Of a stretch of DNA of 64,000 bases, positions 53,098-64,000 are shown one piece after another. The notes under the pieces were generated by a model that had not been told where the DNA came from, searched no databases, and saw only the letters and a program-made list of their open reading frames with translations. The stretch comes from Lingula anatina. Taxonomy: Eukaryota; Animalia; Brachiopoda. Position 1 is the stretch's first letter. Every line of letters starts with the position of its first letter. The translations under genes were made by a program, and so were the position numbers. The stretch covers positions 30,337,967 to 30,401,966 of the forward strand of contig CM120640.1 of NCBI GenBank assembly GCA_051362555.1. Direction: 5' to 3'.

Positions 53098-54302
53098 GTC
53101 AAGCGGCGAACAATAGAAATAGTCTTTACCGCTGTTATTATCAATTTTATCAAATTATCAAAATGAATTCATTTCAGTGTCACATGAAAAAAACTTTCAA
53201 AGCACAAACATTCAATGCCCGCTTAGAAAAAAAGCACATTGAGGGCACACAAAACAAGTTGATTCGTGGACTAAATGTGGAGTCGAGGAGGATTAATTGA
53301 ACTTCAAATAATTCAAAGTATCTTATAAGCGTAAACAAAAACTAAAAGCTGTTAGTAGGCTAGCAGTAAATTGTACAATCATAATGTACATGAAAGCATT
53401 TTGGTCTGTTACAGCTTCCAACCATAGCATGTCCAAATGAAGAAAACGTTATGCTGAAGGAAGTGAAGAACACTGCCTTATCTGCGGACGAGATGCCAGG
53501 GGGTTGAAGTTACCTTTATGTCGTTGTTTACAATGGATATTTAAAATTAGTATTTAATTAGTATTTAATTAGTATCAAACTGTGTTACCTACTCTCGCAC
53601 ATCTTTGATTTATATAGCACATGAGGATTAAAACACTCACGTATATGCCTGCATTACGAGTATATGTACGATTCACAATGTGCAATAATTAAAGAAGTTC
53701 TTTTCTAACACAATCCCTTTGTTGTCATCTCAAAATGATAAATAGCCTTTTTGCAGCGCACTGCTAAGATACTAAAGCGTGAAGGGGAAGGTGGCATCGT
53801 ACACAGACTGCGTTTAGACAAGGGGTTGAACACCCTTGACGGAAGCATGTTGAGTAGATTGATAATTCTGGTATTTTGTCTCTTTTAGACAAAGCACGCT
53901 TAAAATATATACACGGAGTAGCTACAGGTACATCTCTTTGCTGTTTTTCGTCCTAAATGTTCCCACAGAGTATGAGTAACACAGGGTAATTACACATTTG
54001 AATGTTTTTTTAATTCCCTCTTGTTAGGGTCTCGCTAAAACTGTTTTGAACCGCCTTTGATCCCACTGTACTCTTTCATATGATAGGTAAAGTCAAAATT
54101 AATCTTAGTATAAAACAAACTCCGAACTCCGTGTCGGGTTCTCAAACACGGCCTCCTGTACATCACGAGCTTCATGCTAAAACCATGGTCGGGGACTGGG
54201 TTTGCGTGGGATAAAATACGGCACCCGGAAAGCAGATAAATATACATGTACATCCAATCTGGCCCTCTCCGTGACAAGGTTGAAAGTTTCCATCTGATCA
54301 TA

Positions 54303-55119
54303 GGGGAGACCGGGGCTAGTTGGTCCAGTTAGACACTTAGGGTCTCGTAGAGCCAACTAGGAATGAGTTAGGTAACAAAACCGATTTCAAAGTAAGCCCC
54401 ATGAACTAAGCTACATATGCTACGTCATTATTTTTCAAATATAATGCCAGATGGCTCACAATTTGACAAAAAACGCAATTAACGTCAGGGGGGTAACTTG
54501 CAAGTTGGCCCCAGGATCGGGGCAAGTTGGCACCCTGTACGAAAATGAAGTATACATCCCATGTAAACGCCTTGAAATACATTTTTATACATTTTTAATT
54601 TATTAAATTGATTTTTGAGAGTCTTTGATGAATAAATAGATCAGATGAGGAATATTTATTGAGGTTTCCGTACGTCACGTTGTATGTGTTGCAAGAACCA
54701 AAATATCAATCTATAAAATTTGTTTTGTTTTAATTAAGAATAAATTTATAATGGTTAAAAGCAGATTTTTTAAAATGAATGAAAACGAATAATAAATTAA
54801 AGAAACTAACAAATTCACTTTTAAACTGGTAATTATTTAACAAATGACTGAGTTTGTTTCAACAATGGTCTGTAGATCTGTTGCGCGCAAAGGATTGTAG
54901 ACAATATGAGGGTCCAACTTGCCCCGAGTCAAGGGGACCAACTAGCCCCGGGTGCACATTTTTAACTTTAAAGGATTGAAGCCATTTATGGTGCTAGAAT
55001 GAACAACGATGATACATTTATATAAAACTTGAACTTTTACCCCGTAGTTACTTTTTCATAAATTGAAAGCGGGAGGGGGGGGCAACTTACCCCGGGGTCC
55101 AACTAGTCCGGGTCTCCCC
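54303..55119. mobile_element. Tc1/mariner (pogo-like) MITE, TA TSD
   Basis: TA|GGGGAGACCGGGGCTAGTTGG...CCAACTAGTCCGGGTCTCCCC|TA, with internal GGGGCAAGTTGG/CCAACTTGCCCC subrepeats. Confidence 0.85.
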
Positions 55120-56720
55120 TATTCTAATTAGTGAAAACTTGTGACGCACATTACACGTTTAGTGTTAAAAGCGGTTTGTTTGAATGGTAGCAGCAGAAGG
55201 AGGGGACGGGGGAAGGAGGGATATCAAAGAACAGGTCTTTCTTATTTCATGAGTAGTTTTATGTAAATATAATGAAGTCTTTCATTCCATTCTTATATCA
55301 TTTCTTTAAAATAAAAGTCCTGAATTGAGAGTGTGTTTCGCATGGAGAATTATGCCAATTAAGTGGAAATCAGTTGGCTAGGATCCCGGTCAGTGCAAAC
55401 ACATGCATGTTTCACTGGATTTTATTCGTTTTGATTTGTGAATGTACGTGTAAGAATAGGAAAACAAATTTCAATCAGACATTTTCTATAATTCAGTTTG
55501 CGCTTCATTCAACAGTATAAAAAAAAAACTGGAATCATTTTCAGTTTTCTGCTTTTACAGACTACATGAAGATCTTGAATTAAAGTGTTTATCTCAAAAA
55601 CACTTAAATTCAGTTAAAATAACTTTTATATTTCTATAACTCATATTTCCGGTGATTCTGATTTTTTGTGTCTCTTTCTTAAAATCTCCCAAAATACTAA
55701 TGTCTGTTTGCCCTCTTGCTAACAACTTCGTTTGGAACGTCATTTCGATTGTGCTGTATCCGGCCTCGTACGTTACAGTGATGAACATCACTTCCGGCCA
55801 GTTTATTACTCAAGGCAAGTTAATTTGCATATAAGAGAAAAATACATTTTTTTCTTGGTTTTTAGTTGCTTACACATTTCCCATTATCATTAAAAAGCAA
55901 TGCCCTTTTATGAAAAAAAACTTTGATAGACACGTACCATTAATTAATCATATCATTTTAAAAGACTTTCGTATCACAGAGGTGAATCAAGTCTCCACGT
56001 CCAAGTCGTAAAATTGTTAAATAGCGCCGATAACTGCACTTGCTCAAAGTAGGTCGATTGCCTGTATAAAAATCCCATACGATTATCGATTTTTGTGTAT
56101 GGACAGTTTTTGGGGAGGCACGCAATAAAAAATTATCTAGATGCCATCAAAATAACTGGGACTCTTCTAACCACTTAAATTCAGAGTTTATTAAAACATT
56201 TATGGAGTAAAAAACTAAGCAACTTCAACAGGTTTGCAACGTTTAAAAAATTGCAGACATCTAAGTAGAATCAATATTTCATCTATCTCTCCCTGAAATA
56301 TTGCAGACCGCGTTAACTGTTTTCCCTGTCGAGAATCGCGGGATATAAACCAAACGATAGTGTTGAAGGAACGAGGTTGAGTGGATGAGAGAGAGAGAGA
56401 TTACTCCCGTCACTATTTCCAATCAAGATGGTCTTTAGAGCTAGATGCGTGAATATATGCAACTGGAATAAAAAATAAAATTTAAGATTCTAACAGTTGA
56501 AATAATCTTAAAAACACCAAAAGAAGAAGTAATTGATGGGATGTTCACTTAAATATATTCTTTTTTTGTTCTATTATACTTGTATATTATACGGGTATTA
56601 CTGCTTATCAACTAAAATTTATCATCATGAGGTAAATGTCCAGTTTTTACGAAAGAATTCTCCTTCCCACCCAAACCCTATCTTCTGCCCTTTTCAAATC
56701 AAAGAGATAGTGTCTACTGC

Positions 56721-56810
56721 ATGACACTGTGCACTCTTGAGTATTGACGCGGTCTATTTGAACCTTTGTTCAAATAGACCGCGTCAATACTCAAGAGTGC
56801 ACAGTGTCAT
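56721..56810. repeat. Perfect 43-bp inverted repeat with 4-nt loop
   Basis: ATGACACTGTGCACTCTTGAGTATTGACGCGGTCTATTTGAAC-CTTT-reverse complement. Confidence 0.97.
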
Positions 56811-58082
56811 ACAGTGAAAACGATGTCATGCTCAGTATGTACATTGTGGATGTACCGGCAAAGAAGGCAGATGTTGTTATAAATCACTGGCCAGAAATTT
56901 AGAGTAAAATTATTTAATCGAAGATTTGGTAAAATATCGATTGCTAATACATTGACTGGTCGAGCAATGATTCGTATACAGGCCCGTAGCCAGTGGGGGT
57001 TCGGAGGGTTCGAAAGAACAATAGTTAACCTTTGAATAACACAAATTTAAAAATAAACTACGATTTAATACCTCTTGTCTTTCTTTAAACGATAACAACC
57101 CTTCGAATGAGACCCATATTTCACAATAAATACACTGTAACCAACTTACAGAAATATAATAGATTCTTTTAATCACCAAACGGCAGCTATCACAATTATT
57201 CTGGGATCTTTGCTTGCCATCGTACCACATGACCTACATAGATGGCTACCCGCTGTAATAATTTCTTAAGGGATTACTTCAAAATAACCAAACTTTTTAT
57301 AAAATAACAAAATAAATAATAATAATAATAACAACAACAGAGACTAACTGTGAATGTAGAAACGGATTCATTAACCATTGGAAAATTGTCATTTACCCCA
57401 GGAAAAGCTACCCCCTACAAGGGCGGTAAATATTGTAGGCACATTTTCCACCAGCCAGTTTTAGAACATGACCATATTTAACCAGAGACATTATCTGTGA
57501 ACATCTAGTGAAAACTCAATCAGTATACCTGGTAGAAGGTAAGAAAAAAAAAATTTTTTGCCAAAAGGAACAGTCGTTATTCTTTTATTGTCTTTCTGCA
57601 CCACAGAGGCAATGTATGGTTTCAAAAATTAAAATAGAATAAAAAAACGATGATTCCAAAATAACATGATCAATGTCTGTAGGCCATCTTTTGTTTAAAC
57701 GACTTACACAATGCATGTTCCTTGTTCAGGATGCACTGAACAAGTAAAAAATATTGTGATATGTTTATTGTGTTGCCCAACCGTATCCAGGTTTTGAGCT
57801 AAGTTTGACAACACCGTTGCTTGGAGGGATGGAGGAGGCCGGACGGATGGTCTAAAAAGATATTAAAACATGTTGAAAATTTTCTGAATGTGATTTAGTT
57901 GTCGTTGGACCTATTTGGATTTGATTGACTCTGCAGCTAAAATGCAAAAATGAAGACAAGCAAATTATTTTTCACCTTGCAGGGGGGGGGGGGGGACAGG
58001 GGTCTTTGGAAAATATAAACTTACTTAATGAGATTTTTTTCTCCCCACTTACCATATCATTATCATTCGAATAAAATAAAGT

Positions 58083-58312
58083 CATAGGCGTAGGAGCAGA
58101 GGGGCTTGATGGACCCCCCTCACTTTTTAACCACTCATTCAAAGGCCTAAGTACAGTTAAAGGGAAGTTTATTTTCTTGTTCTTTTAACCACCAGTTTCA
58201 GGCACAAATAAAATCAATGTATTAGCACAGCTGATTTTATCAGAAGCTGAGACACCAGTCAAGCGAATTCTTACTACATTAACATAATTTGCTGTTGCCC
58301 CCCTCCACCCTT

Positions 58313-58355
<43 letters not shown>

Positions 58356-58678
58356 TATCTAAAGAAAATTTTATCGCAACTCGCAATGTTATCGCCAAAT
58401 ACCAGTATAGCAATGAGCCACTGTCGTGTAGTCTACGGTATTTGCCGGTCGATGCAGGTCGATCAAAGAAAGAAAACTCCAAATAGTGTTTTATAATAAT
58501 AATAATAATAATGTTAAAGATTAATCAGTGAAGGCCTTGGGGTGCAGGACCAGGCTTGAAATAGTGCTGCAATCACTGCCTTCACTAAGACTGCTGAGGA
58601 AACGCATCAGATATATGCTCCCCCCCTCCCCCCCCCCCCCCGGTCCTGTTTCGCCCCACATCCCGGCTCCTACCCCTG
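58083..58678. mobile_element. Probable hAT-like MITE
   Basis: CATAGGCGTAGGAGC...GCTCCTACCCCTG imperfect TIRs; TSD not clear. Confidence 0.4.
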
Positions 58679-60465
58679 TGTACCAAAACTATCGTTGGCT
58701 GGATCGTCTTCTGCCGGGAGTTGAACAGTTAACGTATCAACAAATTTTTAGGGAGAGACAGATGACATAGAGAGGTGTCGTGGTGTCTGCAAAGTGCTAC
58801 ACGGTGAAACTGGAAATGTGGGTTATTTTTACAATTTCTAAAAGATTTAAATAGATTCCGAGTACAGCAGCTCTACGCTGTCTTTATATTTTTCTATTAA
58901 ACTATTACTTCTCTCTCGTCGGTCTCCTCCTAAACTGTTCCACTCCAGAAAAAATCAATAATGCGATGAGAGAATTGTGCAGGCAATTGACCTACATTCT
59001 CCACTGCAGATATTGGCGCTAGTTTAACGTTATGAAACCTGATTCACGCCTGTGATGTGAAGGTTTACAATTTATATAAATGAATTAAGTAACAGGGTAT
59101 GTTGATCAAATGATTGGAATTTATGACTGTAATGGGACATTGTTATTTACAAAAATAAAAGAAAATCTGTATACAACTCAAAAACAGAAAAAAAGCATTT
59201 TCCTCTTATATGTAAATTACATTGCCTGTAGTAATATAAAGGTGTCCGTAAGTGATGCTCACATTAGAAATATTTGTGATCTTGATCACCTAAGCTACCT
59301 TAAAATTTCTTATTTGATGAAAATAATATAGATCTGAATCTATCAAATGTAATTTCGTCCGAGAAATAAAACAATTTCCTTCTCATTATAAATCATTGCT
59401 CGAACCGTCCTTCGGATGAATTTTACGGTAACAGCTGGAAGGCTGAGTCTGAGTAGGGTTTTTGGACGAGAGCCCCGGTACATGCCTGTACAAACGTATA
59501 CGTAATACCACATCTTAGATATTAATTATCAACTCAATTCCGCATTTGTATAGAATGATCTTGTACTCGGATCAAAAATACCAAGAGAAGTGCATAAAAA
59601 TTAATCGATATTCTTTAGAAAAATAAAATAAGAAAAGTAGGAAAATAAAACGGGAAAAAACGCCCGAAATACCAGGAAAGTATTTTCAATAAAAGAAAGA
59701 ATCAACTAAAATTAAACTTTGGGATCGATCCACCTCCCTAATTGGTAAACCCGGCCTTGATCTATAAAGCAAGCGGCATGACGTACCGAATAATACAAAA
59801 ACGAAAAGAATAAATATTGGAAATAATTGAAAATGAGCAAAAATGACCAAACACTGATACAATATTGTACTTGTGTCTGAAGTAAATGCTAGTAAGTGAA
59901 ATTACAGTGGAAATTTTAAGGTAGAGCTAGTAAATGTTTTAGATTTTTTTTTGAATGAGAAAAATCAGCAAAGAATGAATAGAAAAACATGACAAATAAT
60001 TTAAAAAATAATGCAGAAATTCTGATGTCGTTTGATTATTTGGTAAATGGAAAGACGTGTAGCAAGTGACAGTTTGGGGGGTCATTTAAAGGTACTGCAG
60101 CCGGGGTCTGCCATATAGATAAACGTCCTAATAAAATATTCGTCCCGATAGATACGCCTCTATACATACGCGTCTCAACAGATTAAATTTACGTTCTGAT
60201 AGATCCACCAACAGATTCCTATAAACCCACGTATCTTTAGATCCAGGTACTGCTAGATCCATCTATCTGACATCGTATAATCGGCTTAAATGCCGATATC
60301 AACTTGAGATACAAGTATGAGGCTTTCGAGTGATAGTCTGACTGCGAGTTTTTTTTTTTTTTGTTTTTTTTTTTTAAACATCTTTATTCTCAAGAGGGTT
60401 AAATATTGATACAGTATAAATAAAGGTGGCAATTCGCCTAGGCATTATATGCTCACCTTTGGAAT

Positions 60466-60496
<31 letters not shown>

Positions 60497-60500
<4 letters not shown>

Positions 60501-61350
60501 TAGACTGCAACTGGCTGAAGCCAGTGGCGGAGGATTCCCCTGCAAAATAGGTGTGGAAATGCTCTTACAAGGTCATGTGAAGGTCATGGGTTAAATTTGA
60601 CCCAATATTCTGAAAGAGCATGTGCGAATTGGGGGGGGGGGGGGGGGGGGTCAACAAAACATCACTTTTAGCCCACATCAATATTTCTCCATGAAATAGC
60701 CAAATGACCTTGAAAATGAGGGTCAAGGTCAAATTTGACATTTGATTTGGGGGTTTTGGGTATATGTTTGGGGTAGTTTACTATAGCATGCTATGACCAA
60801 AAACCAGTGTTTCATGGAGAAACTGCCAAACTCAAGATTTCTGCAATGTCATAAATATTAAAAAATCTATATTAAAAAAAGTAATTAAGCAGTCGCTACC
60901 AAAGTACGGCTAACCTTAGATAAATATATAGGGCATCACTTGCCACTATGATTAGGGCTCTGGGCCTTCCGGTTTTTGAGATCTCGGAAACAAACCTTTT
61001 TTGAGCCCGTTTGGCCATTAGCGACCTTGACCTTGACCTACTTGCATAAAAGTAGGTCATTATCTGTGGATTTGTCTCAGTATCATTGACCATTAGGCCC
61101 TTAGCCATATGGCTTATACTTTAGGCCTAATGGCAATTTCAAATTTCATAAAATTTGCCTTTAAAAGCCCCTGTGACCTTGAAAAGTAGGTCAAGGTCAC
61201 TGAAACTGGGTCTGTGGCATATTCTTGCCATGGGCTACCTATGATAATTATTTCAGATTTTTTGCGAAAAAAAAACGCGCGGAAAGAATAATAATAACTA
61301 TAATACTACCAAAAACAATAGTATTCCCCTATGGGGAATCCTAATAATAT
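60497..61350 (-). mobile_element. Helentron-associated non-autonomous element (HINE/DINE-1-like)
   Basis: subTIRs GGATTCCCC (60532) / GGGGAATCC (61333); 5' hairpin ATTCCCCTATGGGGAAT; (TTA)n; TGACCTTG-rich core; 3' stem-loop ACTGGCTGAAGCCAGT. Confidence 0.75.
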
Positions 61351-61907
61351 TCAAGGAAAGGCAGTGACGAGAACATGAGTGGCATTAGAGGGGAGTGAGG
61401 GACAGGGCATTGGGGGGGGGGGGAGGTAATTATGGGGGGAGGGGCAATAGGCCATCAGCTTGAGTGAGTGGTAGGCGCCAGAACAGAAATGGAAGAAGAT
61501 TCGGACATAATCAGACACTATTTCGAAAATTTTGTCGTTTTGTCCAGATGTTAGTGTTTTATGGCCATGTAGGAAGAGGGATATCTTATCTAGTTGGGTT
61601 CTGAAATATGAATAAGTTACACCAAGTGTATCTTCAACAGATTCGTAGAGATCGCGATATTTCCTCTGTTTCAGTGGGCATTGAAAGAAAAAATGTCGGA
61701 TGGTTTCGGGTTTCCCACATAAACAGTTGGGAGAAGCCATAGCTGTCCAGTTGTGGTCATATAGTTGGGCTCTAAATAAAAAATCGACCCGGGCCTTATT
61801 TAGGATTTTTTCATTTTGTCTCGGAAGCTTCAGATGGGTGGTGGACATTGTTGCTGGGAAGGTTTCATTTCTAAGGTTATGTTTGAGGGAGGATGCAGAA
61901 GGAAGAT
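61351..61907 (-). mobile_element. CR1-group LINE 3' fragment
   Basis: SPNCLCGKPETIRHFFFQCP..LFLHGHKTLTSGQNDKIFEIVSDYV. Confidence 0.75.
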
Positions 61908-64000
61908 TTTTATGTACAGACACAGATGTGTCTGTACATATAGCCATCACCTGCGTCTGTCGTCGCCGTTGCCGTCGTTGCCGTCGTCGCCGTCGTCGCC
62001 GTGCACTTTTACTGATAACACGATAAGTGGAAAACCGTTTTTTCTTTTGGCTTGAAACTTACAGAACTGATGAATATTCATATTACGCAGGTCAAGTTCG
62101 AAAATCAGCATGATCGGGCCATTTTTGGGGAATTTATGCTGTTTTTTCACTTTTTTCAGCATTTATGCAGCACCGATAACACGATAAGTGGAAAACCGTT
62201 TTACCTTTTGGCTTGAAACTTACAGAACTGATGAATATTCATAATATGCAGGTCAAGTTCGAAAATCAGCATGATCGGGCCATTAATATGGAAGTAATGC
62301 AGTTTTTTCAATTTTTTCAACATTTATGCAACACCGATAACACAATATTTGAAAAACCGTTATACCTTTTGGCTTGAAACTTACAGAACTGATAAATATT
62401 CTTAATACGCAGGTCAAGTTCGAAAATCAACATGATCAGGCCATTTATATTGAAGTTATGCAGTTTTTTCACTTTTTTCAGCATTTATGCAACACCGATA
62501 ACACAATATTTGAAAAACCATTTTACCTTTTGGCATGAAACTTACAGAACTGATAAATATTCATAATACGCAGGTCAAGTTCGAAAATCAGCATGATAGG
62601 AACATTTTCATGGAAGTCAGCTGTTTTTTCACTTTTTTCAGCATATATGCAACCCTGATAACACGATAAGTGAAAAACCGCTTTACTTTTTGGCTTGAAA
62701 CTTACAGAACTGATGTATATCTATAATACGCAAGTCAAGTTCGAAAATTGGCATGATCAGAGCATTTTTATAAAAGTTTTGCTGTTTTTTCACTTTTTTT
62801 CAGCATATATGCAACACCTATAACACATTTTAAGGAAAATCGATTGCCCAATTGTCTTGAAATTCACAGTAGTGATCAGTGTTACTGAAATACAGATAAA
62901 GTTTTGAAAATAAGCTTGATCAGTAAAGGTTTGGTGAAGTTATGCCTTTTTTTGTATATAAGTGTTTTTTTCCCTCAAATTTAATTCTCAGGCATGCTAT
63001 CAGTCTCATTTTTGAACTAATTAGATATGTTAAGTTGTTTTTTTTTTGACATTTTCTGCATCTTAACAACATTGTTAGTTGATTATAAAAAAATGATGGT
63101 AAACCTGATATTGTGTATTGTTTAATAAGTGTCAAAAATGGAAAAAAAACACATATCTTTACAGTTTGTCAGATTCAACCATTCACTATGTTCAGAATTT
63201 CAGAATGGAGCAAGTTGGACATTTATAATTGTTCTGTTGATATTTTTGCTTTTACAACATATTTTTTGATTGATATATAAAAATGACCGTAAATTGATTA
63301 TTTTGCTTTATGTAAAAAAGGTGTTGAAAATGGAAATAAACTCTTTCAATACAGTTTTCTCTTGTTTACATTTTGGGATTTTCAAAGTATGACTCTGAAC
63401 TCTATAGGCTAGTCACATTTTCTGAATATCCATGATACTTTTATTTTATTATTAAAAAAATTATGGTTATTATGCTGTTAAGCATAGTGTAATATTGCAT
63501 CAAAATTGAACAAAACCCTATTCTGGGCACTGCCTCCGTAGTAGCAGTGAAAGGAAAACCATGTCACTTGTTCTTCTCACACTTACAGGAAAGAAACATA
63601 GGACTGAAATACAGCTTCAGTTGAAAAATTGTCTCATTAGTTTATTGTTTGGAAGTAATACAGGTTTTTTTGTGAAAATTTTTATCTTTCACATGTTGCA
63701 ATTTTCAGTGTGGGACTTAGAGCTCCCTTGGGCGTGAAGCCCAGTGTTAATCAAATTTTCTTAATGTCCATGTTTTTAATAGTAGATATTTTAAAATTGG
63801 TGGTATTTAATTAGTTAATCATTATGTAATGTTGCATCAAAATTGACAAAAAATCTACTTTGTGCTCTGCTACCATTAATATTATGTAAAGTAAAGTGTT
63901 ACTTTCTATTTTTTTACTATTCTTACAAAAATGATTCTTAGGATTGACATACAGCTCATATTAGAGAACCAGCTCTATTGGATTATCATTTTTATTAAAT
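61908..64000 (+). mobile_element. Second HINE-like element carrying a satellite array; 3' end not identified in the window
   Basis: T-run, hairpin TATGTACAGACAC-AGAT-GTGTCTGTACATA (61911-61940), (CGTCGC)n microsatellite, then tandem repeats. Confidence 0.7.
62014..62950 (+). repeat. ~161-bp satellite, about 6 copies
   Basis: GATAACAC.. unit starts at ~62014, 62176, 62336, 62497, 62657, 62819; shared GGCTTGAAACTTACAGAACTGAT and CAGGTCAAGTTCGAAAATC. Confidence 0.95.

Noticed and set aside
55652-55834. Possible exon ANNFVWNVISIVLYPASYVTVMN
   Set aside because: No convincing acceptor, only a GC donor, and no recognisable motif.
61700-62162. Poly-Arg and DDGDDG ORFs
   Set aside because: Derived from the (CGTCGC)n microsatellite of the HINE.

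Overview
AT-rich animal genomic DNA. The repeat families suggest a marine invertebrate, probably a mollusc (inference). The window is almost all repeats, with no intact host gene, rRNA, tRNA or CRISPR array that I can support. About half is a strand-asymmetric complex satellite (~50-bp monomers, 7-mer ~350-bp higher-order repeat, ~1471-bp super-repeat) that changes orientation three times. The satellite is packed with nested mobile elements. (1) A ~7.8-kb Mutator-like TIR element (29048-36815, degenerate 9-bp TSD) with decayed Ulp1-like exons; one end plus its flank is duplicated in inverted orientation at 1-2860. (2) A palindromic Tc1 derivative with two open DD34E half-transposases. (3) A 5'-truncated DIRS retrotransposon inside a SWIM...PHD gene remnant. 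(4) A solo LTR, Crypton-like double-hairpin elements, LINE 3' ends with TSDs and many MITEs. (5) An unusual TSD-less, LTR-like 1.96-kb element with an orphan coiled-coil ORF. The last 15 kb hold MITEs, two Helentron-type HINEs (one with a 161-bp satellite), a perfect 43-bp hairpin and one possible host exon. All alignments were made by eye.
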